A stretch of DNA of 64,000 nucleotides from Octopus sinensis (taxonomy: Eukaryota): NCBI RefSeq assembly GCF_006345805.1, contig NC_043014.1, positions 48,360,001 to 48,424,000 of the forward strand, given 5' to 3'. Positions 37,818 through 52,129 of the stretch are shown piece by piece. Both the position numbers and the translations under genes were made by a program. The first letter of the stretch is position 1. Each line of letters starts with the position of its first letter. The notes beneath the pieces are model-generated. The model saw only the letters and a list, made by a program, of their open reading frames with translations. It was not told the origin of the DNA and did no database searches.

Positions 37818-39836
37818 TACAATAATGGTGGTGATAGTTGCGGTGGTGGTGGGCATATCATCTATAATTAAGTGGTATAGTGGTATTGATGAGCTGATGT
37901 TACTAAAAGACTAAATTACTTCCACAGGGAATAAAAGCAAAACAAACAATAAAACAAACTCCAAGTATCATGTGATATATTTCTTCTCTTCCATGCCACT
38001 CCCTGTTGAAATATGGTAAGGAGACTTTGTGAAAGTAGGACACAAAAAAAAAAAACATCTTGCAAGCTCTGCCCCTACAGCGAGACTAACAAAAAACCAA
38101 AATTGACATAGGATTTGTTTATTCATATCCAGTGGACATTTCTAAAACTGTTGGTGTTTTTGCTATATTTATTTTTGTGGGATTTTGTTTAGTGTCTGTG
38201 GTGTCTGAGGGAGAACTCAGCCATAAACCTTGTTACAAAGATCATAGTGGTACTTAGCCAGTGAAGAAATTTCTACATGGTTTCTTGGTCTGCTAAAAAT
38301 ACCAACCAAGTCTCCATGGTCATACCCTACAGTGTTAGACAGAATGAGCACATTGGATAATATAGTCTTTGTTACATTATGTTTGAATAAAAGGTGGATA
38401 AACAGCAAGCTAGCAGAATTATTAGCATGTCAGACAATTCTTTTCACTCTTTATGCTTTGAACTCAAATCCTGTATAGGTTACCTTTGCCTTTCAATAAA
38501 ATAAAGCACCAGTCAAGAACTGGGGGTCAATGTAATTGGTTTCTCCTCCCTTCAAAATTACTGGCTGTGAATCCAGCAACAGATGAGCATCATGTTTAGA
38601 GTTTTTATTGTGATCTCAGTCACTAAAATGTCACGGAAACTGGGTAAACCAGGCTTATGAGTCCAGGCTTGAGTTAGAAAAGAGTTGGATGGTCATGAGT
38701 GGATGTACCTTGATTATAGGTCTGCTGGAGCAGAGCTGACTTTGGGCTAAACAACAACCTGTAGAAATTTCTGCAAATGTGGTGTATAATGATGATGTTG
38801 TTTGTTCTTTTAGCTCTTGGTCAATATGATATGGTGGAACATATGATCAAAAGCATTCCAGCCATGACCATCCCTTAATTTAGGGGCTGTTTAAAACTAT
38901 GCTTATGTGTTATTTTGAAAAATAGAATGAAGACTTAAAGGGCCTGCAAAGGTCAAAGACCCTGTTCTTTCTTGTAGACTCAGCAAGTAAACAAAAAAAA
39001 ATAGATGTGGCAGGTGGCACCCATGACACTTTTCAGGGGCCTCTTGTGTGGTGAGGTATGATTTAAAGAAGATTTGACTGCTATTTCTAACTTGTAGGGC
39101 TCATTTATTATCTTCCTTTATTCATTTGTAATCTTACCATACAATTATCTTATATCTTGTTTCAGTTATTGCACTTTAGCCATCTTGGGGCACTGTCTTG
39201 AAGAGTTTTAATTGAACAAATTGACTCCACTCCTTATATTTTTTCTACATCTATTATTCTGTCGGTCTCTTTTGCCAAACCACTAAATTATGAGGATGTA
39301 AACAAACCAACACTGGTTGTGGAGCTATGGGGGTGGTGTGTGTGACAAATACAGACATAAAGACGCACACTGAACTTCCACACAGTTTCTGACAAGGCAT
39401 TGGTTGTCCCAGTGCTATAGTAGAAGACACTTGCCCGAGGTACCTTGTTGAGGGACTGAACCTGAAATCACATGGTTGCAAGTTTTCAACCACATAACCA
39501 TGTCTGCACCTACCTAAAAGCCAATGGTTTGTCTATTTCTCTGGGTTACTGAATTATTTTTTGAAGGCCAAGCCCCATTACTTTCAGGTTGTCCCCCAAT
39601 ATTCAAGAGTCCATGAACACCGTGTAATTGCATGGTGATTTCTCCCTGTTCTTCTCTAAGCTCCATCTAGTCTTGCAAACTAACCAAGTATTTGTCTACA
39701 TTATACAATAGTTGTGGTACTAACAGTAGTGAATTCCACTTCTTCATAATACTGATTTGCAACTATGTGTCTTAGTACGCTTATATAGTGCTTAACAGGC
39801 CTTGGTTTACTTTAGCAGTAAAATATGATTAGTACT

Positions 39837-40064
39837 TTAACCCTTTCATTACCAACCTGGCTGAAACCGGCTCTGGTTCTGTAGTACAAATGTCTTGTTT
39901 TCATAAGTTTTGAATTAAAATCTCCCACCAAACCTTAGTCACATTTATGTTTCAAATACTAGCTTAATGGTAACTAAGTTATTTTACTAAATTCTTTGTT
40001 ATGTTTAAAGTAATTGAAAGAAACACAGAGCATCTCAACAGAAATACAGTAACAAAAGGGTTAA
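39837..40064. mobile_element. piggyBac-type MITE, family F
   Basis: TTAA-CCCTTTCATTAC ... GTAACAAAAGGG-TTAA. Confidence 0.88.
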
Positions 40065-41779
40065 GGATGAATGATTTCAATTTCATTCTCTACATAACTG
40101 AAACTATTAATTCAAAGAACTATTTACTATTAAAGATAATTTTCTGTTGTACTTTGTTCTCTATTTTATCCTATTCTGATATTTTATGCACACGCACATG
40201 TGCACACTCATACTGTGCCCCACACTAACCCAAGCCCTGCACTAACCATTATGCCCAATTCTTCCTTTCCAGGACATTAATCCTCTAGAAATCCCACCCT
40301 TTCAAACTGAGTTGATGATTGCTGTTCAACCAGTTATCTCTGCCATCAGGTTGAGCTCTTTAAAACTCATAACTACCATTCAAATCACCAATCACAAACA
40401 GGTCACTGTCTCCTTCTCCAAATCAATAATTATCTGTCTCTACAGTCCAGTGAAAGTCATTGTTGTTGATCTTTCTTCTTGAATAAACCATATGTAAAAT
40501 ACATAGAAATGCACACTCTCCCGAGGCTTGAACTCCTAAAACTGTATTCTACAACACTGTTATCCACTGTATTTTACATAAAGATGACATCATTTCGGAT
40601 ATATTATCCACTGTATCCTTATGTAAAGATATCATGTCAGATATATTATCTGCTGTACTATTATATAAAAATCATGTAGGATACAGCAATTAGAACAATG
40701 TAATTAGCAATATATATGACAACATTGGGAATGTCTGATACAGTAGCAGGCCACTCTGAATATGTTAATTATCTCTTTTTATGTTCATAGTAGAAAAATA
40801 TCATTGAGGTGGACAAAGTAGATAGCAGTCATATATTGTACCATTCTCTTGTTGACTTGTGCCAATCTTAGAAACAGTTAACCTCCACCAGAGTATTCAG
40901 ATGTAATCTCAGAAAATTTTTCATTCCTATTGATGAAAGTGATGTTGGTGGTGATCTTGCAGTGAAGGAAGAAGAGGAGATTATAAGGGAGTCACTGAAG
41001 AATACCCCCTAATATGGGAATATTTCTGTGGTCGCTCAGCATAACAGAGCCTGTTTACATTAACCCATGCTCTTGTACAAGGGCCTTGAGTATAAAATTG
41101 CTATAACACTGTATATAAAAGCCGCAAAAGTTCCTAGTTTGAATCTAGTCTGCTTCTGTAGACATATGCAGGAATAAGAAACTTGATGAGAGAGATTAGA
41201 GCTGAAACCTATTGAAACCTTAATGTTTTATCACTTATCATTGGAGTGGTTGGCGTTAGGAAGGGCATCCAGCTGTAGAAACACTGCCAGATCAGACTGG
41301 AGCCTGGTGCAGCCTCCTGGCTTCCCAGACCCCTGTCGAACCGTCCAACCCATGCTAGCATGGAAAGCGGACGTTAAACGATGATATGATGATGATGAAA
41401 TAATTATCTTAATTAACAGTAGCTCTTTTTTAAGAAGGTGTTGAGTTCAGAACTATAAGTACACTCCTTGATTCTGCAGCTACAGCAGTGAGCTGCACCA
41501 ACCTGTGGCTCCTGTTTATAGCTTGCTGGGTGTCTGAAGTCTTTGGGAAAAGGCCAGAATAATCCTTAATGTAAACTATTGAAACTGAATTATCTCAACA
41601 ACTATTATGGCAAGTACAGTTCCTGTGTATGAACCACCATTCAAGCACCACCCTATCACCTCATCTCAGCATATCCCAATGGGCTTGTACTACTTAAGTC
41701 TTGTTGAGGGTATGGCAATCCCTCTAGTGCAAATACCATAAGAAAACACACCCTGTCTTTCTCTCGTTTTTCATTTTTT

Positions 41780-42160
41780 TTTTTCTTGCTTCAGTCATTG
41801 GCTTGCCGCCATGCTGGATCATCGCCTTGAAGGGCTTAGCCAAACAAATCAACTCCAGTAATGAATTTTCATAGCTTGGTACTCGTATTGGTTTCTTGCT
41901 GAACAACTGAGTTACAGGGATGTAAACAAACCAGCACCTGTTGTCAAGCAGTGGCAGGGGACAGACACACACACACACACACACATGTATATACACACTG
42001 AGCTTGTTTTGGTTTCCATCTTTTGCCAAATCTACTCACTAGGCTTTGGTTGGCCTTGTGCTGTAGTAGGAGACACCTAAGCTGCCATGCAGTGAGACTG
42101 AACCCAAGACCACATCGGTTGGGAAGCTAGCTTCTCAGCCACACAACCATGCCTGCACCT
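41780..42160 (-). mobile_element. Family-B tRNA-SINE
   Basis: Diverged reverse complement of 58711-59108; similar minus-strand copies at about 32727-33000 and 39155-39510. Confidence 0.75.
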
Positions 42161-43019
42161 AAAATAATAGCATTAATCAAATTTTGACCCTTATTGAAGT
42201 CTCATCAGTGGTGTTTACAAAAAGTGGAAGGAAATGAACAAAATTTTATTTTCTTTCTCAAAATGTCTGTCGTTTTGCTGAAAGGTGAATTTATCTTGGT
42301 CACATGACATGTAACATCATTGAATTAAAGGTTTATCAAGTGTTATCTCCAGTGAATACATTATATCAGTGTCATAGTTTATCAACACAGTGCAGTTAGT
42401 ACAGAACGTGGTGGTTGTTGCTGTTTAACCCCTGATTGAACAGATCTGTGATCAAATAAGTTCCAGCTGTGATCATCCTGCCTCTCGTGTTTTTTATGTG
42501 CTGCAATCCTGGGACTACATTAGCCAGTGTTTTTTTACAAGGGCTTCTGTGCCAGTGGCACGTAAAATGCACCAACCAATCGTGGCCGTTGCCAGCCTCC
42601 TCTGGCACCAGTGCCAGTGGCACGTAAAAAGCACCCTCTACATTTACGGAGAGGTTGGTGTTAGGAAGGGCATCCAACTGTAGAAACACTGCCAGATCAG
42701 ACTGGAGCCTGGTGCAGCCTCCTGACTTCCCAGACCCCGGTCGAACCATCCAACCCGTGCTAGCATGGAAAACGGACGTTAAACGATGATGATGATGATG
42801 ATGAAGGTAGTGGTATGTGATTTGTAGGGTCTTTGATTGTTATTTGTAGCATATTAGGCAATCTTGATGGCTTGTCATGGGAATATGCTATTTAATGAAA
42901 ACTAATAATTAATTAGAGAAAATTGAAGATTGCTGAAACTTTAATGAAATGAAATGTTTCAGGGAATTTGTTGATGTTGGGGATTTCACAGTGAGAAATA
43001 TTTTTGTTGCTGTGAATTA

Positions 43020-43625
43020 TATCTAAATTTAACATTTTTAGGGGTTTTTCTAAAACTTGTTTGTGCATTGTTTTAGGGGCTTCTCATTACCTGTTCATGC
43101 ATCTTTTTAAGGTCTCTTTTACAACCTTTATATTTTTGGGTTTTTTTAAACACCTGATGTTAGGTATTTCTGTCTCCTGTTAGTAACATATTTTTAGGGG
43201 CTTTCTACCATCTGATTGTACATCTTTTAATAGATTTTTCTGATACTGGTTTGTACATATTTTTAGGGACTTCCTACTGTCTGTTTGTAAATCTTGTAGG
43301 GATTTTTCTTACACCTTTCTGTACATCTTTTTTGGCAGGGTTGGTGGTGTTCTACCACCTGTTTTAGGGACTTTCAGACACTTGTTTATACATTTTTAGG
43401 GCCCTTTCTATTGCCTGTTTGTACATTTTTAGGGTCTTTTCTATCACCTGTTTTAGGATCTTTCAGGCACTTGTTTTTATATCTTTTTTAGGGGCTTTCT
43501 AGCACTGATCTGTGCATATTTCTAGGGTCTTTTTTTATCACCTGTTTATACATCTTTATAGGAGTTTTCTACCACCTGTTTACACATTTTTAGGGTTTTT
43601 TCTAACATCTGTTTGTTTATATTTC
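43020..43625. repeat. Old degenerate ~37-bp minisatellite (ACCTGTTTGTACATTTTTAGGG..TTTCTA..)
   Basis: Roughly 15 recurrences of CCTGTTT/TACAT/TTTTAGGG. Confidence 0.75.
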
Positions 43626-44267
43626 TTGAGCCAGTGATGGAACCTCTGGATTGTATATTTTTATTTTTAATTTATACAACAAATATAAGAGGAAGGGGGC
43701 CATCAGTGTTCCAGCATTGATTCGCAGCAGGTCTCCAAAGGATTGCCAAACCAATTTGTTATCTCAGTATAGACACTTGTTGATTCAACAAGGTTTCAAT
43801 TCTCAATCTTGTTGATTTACAATTTTAGCGCAAGGACATCTGAATGATGGTGATGATGATGATGTAAAACCTTGTTGTTGATGTTTATGAAGGCAAACTG
43901 AAAGTTACTTTGATATGTGTATTGTGAAGGGGATTTTACCCTATCTTCTCCTAGTTGACCTCTTTCCCTATGAGGGGGGGGGGGTCATTAAATATAAAAG
44001 TACTATTTAAATCTTTAGAAAATCCATACAAATGTTCCAACAGCTTCGAAAAAAATCAAAAATGTTATAATTTTGCTCTACACAAAGAGAATTAATAAGA
44101 CAAACAATAGTATTCTATTACCCCCCCCCTTTTTTTTTCAACCCAATTTTTTCATCTTAAAATGCAGTATTCTTTTGACTTTCCATATGCAGTGTACCTG
44201 TAATGTTTTCTTGATGTCCAGTGGGTTGGAGATCAAGAGCAAATACGAAGTGATCAAATCAAGAGCT

Positions 44268-45100
44268 GAATTTTCTTCAGGTCGAGTAGCCCATCCTGCT
44301 CAAAAGGTCCCTGAAGAAGGGTTGAACAAAACACCCATGTTTCCAGAGGTGAATTATCCAAACCCCAAAGAATTCCTCTCAACAAATGGTTATGATGCTC
44401 CCCCACTACTTTTGCTCATGATCAGAGATGCACATATCGTCAGCCACTAAGGGACCTGCTGAACTGGTTACGGTCAAACAACTGACAAGCAAATCTGTGG
44501 TATTGAGCAGAATATTTGCTGTAGCCCATCTTTATTATTATTATTGAGTGAGAGAGCAGTGCATACCATCAAAGCAACACTGGGGTAAAATATATGAAGC
44601 CCAGTATACCCATCATGACTACCCGTCTGATAAGGGTACACTAAGCACATGCGTCACAACCATATGTGTATGACATGGTGATCTCATATCAAGATAAACA
44701 GTGCATGACCTTGCAGGTGGGGCCCAGTTAGTATTTTCTTCTGGTCGAGTAGCCCATCCTGCTCAAAAGGTCCCTGAATAAGGATTGTTTAAGGATGTTG
44801 AATGAACCACCCATGTTTCCAAAGGTGAATTATCCAAACTTCCAAGAATTCCTTTCAACACATGGCTATGATGCTCCCCCACTACTTCTGCTCATGATCA
44901 GAGATGCACATATCATCACCCACTAAGGGACATGGTCGACTGGTTATGGTCAAACAACTGACAAGTAAATCTGTGGTATTGAGCAGAATATTTGCTGTAG
45001 CCCATCTTTTATACCAAGACAAAATAATGTACATGATAACACTTTGAATCAGTTAAGATCAGAAGCCATGAGAGCCACTGCCTGGTACTGCATCAGGGCA
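44268..45100 (-). mobile_element. Unclassified (AAT)n-tailed interspersed element (44546-45100) with an adjacent partial copy (44268-44533)
   Basis: About 265-bp diverged direct repeat, 44268-44533 vs 44733-45009; the larger unit is bounded on both sides by (ATT)n. Confidence 0.65.
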
Positions 45101-46140
45101 GTATTATTATTATTATTATTTTTTTTTTTTTTATCAATAATAATGATAATCATTTCTACTAAAGGCAGAAGGCCTGAAATTTGGGGGAGGGGTATAGTTG
45201 ATTACATTGATCCCAGTGCGTGACTGGTACCTATTTAATCGACCCTGAAAGGACAATAATAATGTATAGTAGATTAAATGTTTGGATACCCATGTGTCTC
45301 ACTCCTAGCAACACTACTCAGTCAATAAATCTATTGTTAATGACCATTACAAATGAGAGGTGTCAGGAATCAACTATCAAACCAAATTCATTATTCAAAA
45401 CCATTAAGTCAGTCAAAATATGGCACTGTTTTATCACAGGCAAGTGTTCCTACATCAAGTATTTTGTTCCAAAATGAAAACTGAGCAGATGTTCAAACGA
45501 TATTGAGATGAACAGATGTACACACGGTATTGAGAAGACATAACAATGACAGCTGTGGATTTGAAGTTATCTGCTCAGTAATTCCAAATGTACAGCGGGA
45601 GAGGAGTGGTTCTTATTTAACCCCAGGTCAACTTTGATCCTGTGAATCGGCTGTCTCTCCCCCACAATTACTATATTATCTAAATATTTAATGTCTCGTC
45701 TGGCACCTGTGTCGGTGGCACATAAAATCACCCACTACACTCTCGGAGTGGTTGGCGTTAGGAAGGGCATCCAGCTGTAGAAACACTGCCAGATCTGACT
45801 GGCCTGGTGCAGCCTTCGGGCTTGCCAGACCCCAGTTGAACCGTCCAACCCATGCTAGCATGGAAAGCGGACGTTAAACGATGATGATGATGATGTATCG
45901 TATTGTTTCAACCCTCAGAGCTGCTGTAAATCTGTGGTTTGCTATTAAATATATATTTCTTTACTGCCCACAAGGGGCTAAACATAGAGGGGATAAACTA
46001 GGACAGACAAAGGGATTAAGTTGGTTACATCGACCCCAGTCCGAAACTGGTACTTTATTAAATATAGACGTGTCTGGGGGAGAGGGACCTCAAGGTGAAA
46101 TCATGCTCAACAGTCTTGAAAAAAGATGGACACATTAGAC

Positions 46141-46947
46141 CAGTGGTTCTCAACCATGTTTTTACCTTTGGACCCCTTTAATTTCTGTTTTCCTTAGGTA
46201 AACCCTCATAATCATTCGATGCTTAACCATTTAGCTTTCAATTTTTTTTTGTATTGCTTATGTATTCACATGGTTTTGAATTCATCATGGATTATCTTGT
46301 GAAGGCGCATGGGTCAGTGGTTAGAGCGTCGAGCTTACGATCGTGAGGTTGTGAGCTCGAATCCTGGCCCAGGCTGCGTGTTGTGTCCTTGAGCAAGACA
46401 CTTTATTTCACGTTGCTCCAGTCCACTCAGCTGTAGAAATGAGTTACGACGTCACAGGTGCCAAGCTGTATCGGGCCCCTTTGCCTTTCCCTTGGATAAC
46501 ACTGGTGGCGTGGAGAGGGGAGGCCAGTGTGCATGGGTAACTGCTGGTCTTCTATAAACAACCTTGCCCGGACTTGTGCCTGGGAGGGTAACTTTCTAGG
46601 TGCAATCCTATGGTCTGTGTCGTGACTGAAGGGGGTCTCAGATCTCGTAGCATCAGAATTTCAATGGTGTGTTTCTATATTTTTAGAATTACATTGTAGG
46701 GTAGGTGTGAGAGGTTTGATCTGATCAGTTTGAACATATGACAAATAGGATATTTGGGTCAAATATGACTGGATTAAATGTTTAAAGGGTTAAAAAAATT
46801 CCTATTATATTTTTATTATTAAATATAATTAGGAAATTGTATAAAAAAAATTGTTAGACTATTTTGTGTAGTGTAGAAGTATAATTGATTTACTGCACAT
46901 AAACTTTTATAGCAAAATCTTAAATGGACCCCAGTTGAGAACCACTG
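46141..46947. mobile_element. hAT MITE (H) containing piggyBac MITE (G) containing SINE (C)
   Basis: Perfect 14-bp TIRs CAGTGGTTCTCAAC/GTTGAGAACCACTG with TSD CATTAGAC/CGTTAAAC; G at 46223-46793 with TTAA on both sides; SINE C at 46299-46638 flanked by ATCTTGT/ATCTCGT. Confidence 0.88.
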
Positions 46948-48297
46948 CGTTAAACAATGGGAGTCCTTTACAAAACAGACAGGATGGTCGCAGCTGGAGC
47001 TAATTAATAACAAAATCATTAATTATAATAAAGTTTTGTATCAGTTGTCTGATGTTTAACCCCAGTTGACTTATGATCACACACATTCCAGATGTGACTA
47101 TCCCACCTATTATTCAGATGTAAGGTATGTCTAGGGCTATGTTGTTATTTAATGTACCATGTGACTTTGTATGCTTTGAGGGAGATGTCACAGTTATCTC
47201 TAGCAGGTTAAGCTTTGCTATTAAGACAGTTATAGATACGCTAACACAGACTATTGTTTTATACTTTATGACCCCTTGAAAGCGATACTCATTGTGGGAG
47301 TTGAAAACAGAATGCACAGAGACTTAGCTAAATATTATAAGGTATTTTGTCCAACTAAACTGCTTATACCATCCACCCCTTTAAACTGATACCCCACTGT
47401 TAAACTAGTTAAGCTTTCCACCCCAACCTTAAAATTGAGCTCATCATTTATTTCTTAGTTAGAAGGGTATGCTAAAGTGTATGTGTGTGTGGTGGGGGTC
47501 GGCGAAGTAATTAGACTCCTGCCCACCACCCCCCCGCTTCGTTTCATCAACCACAGATGATGAAAGTTAAATTTGACCCAGGTGATGTCAAAACCTGAAC
47601 AGGACTAATTAATTGTCAGCCATTTTCATCTTTCTACTAATTAAGGCCATTCATTAATAAAGAATAAATTTCGAGGCTGAGCTGACGTGAACCGTCCCCA
47701 CCCCCTGGCCGTTACCATTTGTCTTATATCATCAGACAACGGTTGTAATGGGTCTTGTCTTACTCTTGTATCCTCCTGTTGTTCAGTATAGTCATTAACT
47801 CTGAGTATTCTCATAACCCTCATATATGTGGAGTGAATCTTCTGTATACTCCTGTAAACTGCTCACTGTATAGCCTTCTCTTCCATATAGAGAGTATAGC
47901 CATAACTCAGTTACAGTGGTCATTCTATATAGTCCTGTCAACTACGCCCTATCACAGAGTATATATATATATTCACCTCAACTCCCTCCCAATGATAATC
48001 AACAGTGTCTTCTCAGATTACCTCATCTTATCTCACCTCTTTACCATTCTTTTTCTCTCTCTCTCTCACTACAAAACATTTCATCTTCATATTTCCCTCT
48101 TTATTTTATATTTTCTTACAATAAAAATCTTGTTTGCCGACCTCCCTTCTACCTCCCTTTTGTTCAACTTACCTGACATTGTCCCCTCACCTGGCTCTCT
48201 CTCTCTCTCAAACTTACCTGGCAGTCTCACTCTCTCATCAATATATTTTCATGTCAGTATGTCTGTCTGCCTGCTTATCTATCTATTGTCTGTTTGT

Positions 48298-48347
<50 letters not shown>

Positions 48348-48564
48348 TATATATAAATATATATATTTATATACAATGTATGTATATATATATATATTAT
48401 ATACAATGTATGTATATATATATATATTATATACAATGTATGTATATATATATGTATATATATATATATAATATATATATATACAATGTATGTATATATA
48501 TATGTATATATAGTATATATATATATATATATATTTATATACAATGTATGTATATATATGTATA

Positions 48565-48595
<31 letters not shown>

Positions 48596-48680
48596 ACAAT
48601 GTATGTATATATATATGTATATATATGTATATATATATATATATATATTTATATACAATGTATGTATATATATATGTATA

Positions 48681-48724
<44 letters not shown>

Positions 48725-48751
48725 CAATGTATGTATATATATATGTATATA

Positions 48752-48788
<37 letters not shown>

Positions 48789-48836
48789 CAATGTATGTAT
48801 ATATATATGATATATATATATATATATATATAATAA
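48298..48836. repeat. (GT)n followed by compound (TA)n with recurrent ATACAATGTATGT
   Basis: Direct inspection. Confidence 0.95.
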
Positions 48837-49134
48837 TATTGTAATTTCTGTCTACTGCCTGCATATGTCTATAATGTGTATATTCTGTGTGTTACATATA
48901 AATTGATTTGTGGCTTTTTAAAATAATTTAAACATTCCATTCTTTAATTAATGATTGTTCTGGAGGCAGTGGCGATTGTAGTGCTTATTATGGTGGTAGT
49001 CTTGGTTGTGTTAGTAGTGGTAGTAGTTATGGCAATGATGGCTGTGGTGGTAGCCTTGATTTCTGGTTGCGGTGAATGAATGTTTCTCCCCAAACAAAAC
49101 ATTGCTTGTAGAGCCACTAACAAGCAGGTCTTTC

Positions 49135-49177
<43 letters not shown>

Positions 49178-49399
49178 ACATACAGAGGGTTACTTCGTTA
49201 TATTTGACCAACACATCATCTTCGTGTCTGTGAACAACCAAAATATCTTCATGTGATTGAATTTAAACCATCTTCATCTTTCTGTCTCCCTTCTTGCATC
49301 ACCCTATCTTAGCTGTGTATATCTGTCTTTCTACCTGTTTATGTCTGTCTGTCTATCTGCATCTCTCTCTATCTGTCTCTCTCATATATATATATATGT

Positions 49400-50270
49400 C
49401 TCCATGTCTGTCTGTCTGTCTGCTTGCCTGCCTGCCTGTCTATCTATCTGTCTATCTATCAGTCTGTCTGTCAGTCTATCTGTCTGTCAGTCTATCAGTC
49501 TATCTGTCCAACTGTCTGTCTGTCCAACTGTCTATCTGTCCAACTGTCTATCTGTCTGTCTGTCTGTCTATCAGTCTATCTGTCCAACTGTCTGTCTGTC
49601 CAACTGTCTATCTGTCTATCAGTCTGTCTGTCCAACTGTCTGTCTGTCTGTCTGTCTATCTGTCCAACTGTCTGTCTGTCCAACTGTCTATCTGTCTATC
49701 AGTCTATCAGTCTATCTGTCCAACTGTCTGTCTGTCCAACTGTCTATCTGTCTATCAGTCTATCAGTCTATCTGTCCAACTGTCTGTCTGTCCAACTGTC
49801 TGTCTGTCCAACTGTCTATCTGTCTGTCTGTCTGTCTGTCTATCAGTCTATCTGTCCAACTGTCTGTCTGTCCAACTGTCTATCTGTCTATCAGTCTATC
49901 TGTCTGTCTGTCCAACTGTCTGTCTGTCCAACTGTCTGTCTGTCCAACTGTCTATCTGTCCAACTGTCTATCTGTCTGTCTGTCTGTCTGTCTATCAGTC
50001 TATCTGTCCAACTGTCTGTATGTCCAACTGTCTGTATGTCCAACTGTCTATCTGTCTATCAGTCTATCTGTCTGTCTGTCCAACTGTCTGTATGTCTATC
50101 AGTCTATCAGTCTATCTGTCTGTCTGTCCAACTCTCTGTCTGTCCAACTGTCTATCTGTCCAACTGTCTATCTGTCCAACTGTCTCTCTGTCTATCTGTC
50201 TCTCTGTCTACGCTGTTGTCTGCCTGTGTGTATGTCTCCGTCTACATGTTTCTGTCTGTCTGTCTCATTG
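49400..50270. repeat. Compound TCTG/TCTA/TCAG microsatellite with recurrent TGTCCAAC
   Basis: Direct inspection; source of the 294-358-aa S/V/C/L ORFs. Confidence 0.95.
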
Positions 50271-50470
50271 GCGACCTAGCAATAAACAATGGAATCTCTA
50301 CGCGATAATTCAACATGTTAGAAATAGTAACCAAATCTCCATCAACACGCTATTACTACCTTTAAAGTAGAAGGACACCGTTCTAAATGGACACTCTTGG
50401 AACACCATTGGTTAGGGCTAGCTTGGAGCTAAACAACAACGAACGAACTTTCAGGAAAGATTTGCTGGGT

Positions 50471-51557
50471 GGTGGGTGGTTAGTTTCGTTGTGTTGAGAG
50501 CTGAAAGTTCAATGGTTCAAATTCCAGGCCTGCCCCGATCCAAAGATGTTCCAGCTATGGCAAACCTGTCTGTATATGTCATATACTTCTGTGTAATATT
50601 CTCTTCATTTTTGAAAAGACAATTTAATATAACTTGAGAGAAAGAGATTTGACTGTTATTTCTAGTAAGATAAGCGACCGCGTTGATGGTGGGTGGTTAG
50701 TTTCGTTGTGTTGAGAGCTGAAAGTTCAATGGTTCAAATTCCAGGCCTGCCCCGATCCAAAGATGTTCCAGCTATGGCAAACCTGTCTGTATATGTCATA
50801 TACTTCTGTGTAATATTCTCTTCATTTTTGAAAAGACAATTTAATATAACTGAGAGAAAGAGATTTGACTGTTATTTCTAGTAAGATAAGCGATCGCGTT
50901 GATGGTGGGTGGTTAGTTTCGTTGTGTTGAGAGCTGAAAGTTCAATGGTTCAAATTCTAGGCCTGCCCGATCAAAAGATGTTCCAGCTATGGCAAACCTG
51001 TCTGTATATGTCATATACTTCTGTGTAATATTCTCTTCATTTTTGAAAAGACAATTTAATATAACTTGAGAGAAAGAGATTTGACTGTTATTTCTAGTAA
51101 GATAAGCGACCGCGTTGATGGTGGGTGGTTAGTTCGTTGTGTTGAGAGCTGAAAGTTCAATGGTTCAAATTCTAGGCCTGCCCCGATCCAAAGATGTTCC
51201 AGCTATGGCAAACCTGTCTGTATATGTCATATACTTCTGTGTAATATTCTCTTCATTTTTGAAAAGACAATTTAATATAACTTGAGAGAAAGAGATTTGA
51301 CTGTTATTTCTAGTAAGATAAGCGACCGCGTTGATGGTGGGTGGTTAGTTTCGTTGTGTTGAGAGCTGAAAGTTCAATGGTTCAAATTCTAGGTCTGCCC
51401 CGATCCAAAGATGTTCCAGCTATGGCAAACCTGTCTGTATATGTCATATACTTCTGTGTAATATTCCCTCTCATTTTTGAAAATACTATTTAATATAACT
51501 TGAGAGAGAGAAAGAGATTTGACTGCTATTTCTAGTAAGATAAGCGACCACGTTGAT
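50471..51557. repeat. Five-copy tandem array of a 216-217-bp unit
   Basis: Unit starts GGTGGGTGGTTAGTT at 50471, 50688, 50904, 51120 and 51336; copies nearly identical. Confidence 0.95.
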
Positions 51558-52129
51558 GATTCCTTGTTGCGGGAACATTTTCTTTCTTTCTTTTTGTTTT
51601 TGAGAGTTGCCTATCATTCCTCCCTCTCCCCACCTCTGCCACAAAACCAAACAGCCAGCCCAGTTTTTCCCCTGCCCCACAAAAGAAACTTTTTTTTTTC
51701 TACAGCAGTGAGGGTGTGGTGTCAGTGGTGGAGAGAAGGATCAATTGAAACGTAAACCTAATATTTAAAAAAAATATATAAAAAAAAGACCTGGTGGTGG
51801 CGGTGGTGGCGGTGGTGGTGATGGTGGTGGTGGTGGTGGTGATAGTACTGGTGATGTTGGTACTGTTATGTTATACGTTTCTTTCTCAGCGATCTACCCT
51901 CCACACTGAGCGTGTATGAAGGGTCCTGAGGACATAAGTGTAGTGTGTGGTTTAATATACATACAAACATACATATATATATATATATTATATATATATA
52001 TATATTATAATATATATATATATATTATATATATATATATACGTGTGTGTGTGTGTGTATAGACGATGTTTCCTCAAAAATTTTGTCGCCATTCTCATCT
52101 CCTGCTCCCCCAGTTTTTCTCTCGCAGTT

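Noticed and set aside
43020-43625. TTTTAGGG motifs as interstitial telomere
   Set aside because: Single motifs within a ~37-bp unit, not tandem (TTAGGG)n.
50471-51557. Possible CRISPR-like or other repeat-spacer array
   Set aside because: Whole units repeat with no unique spacers; eukaryotic context, no cas genes.
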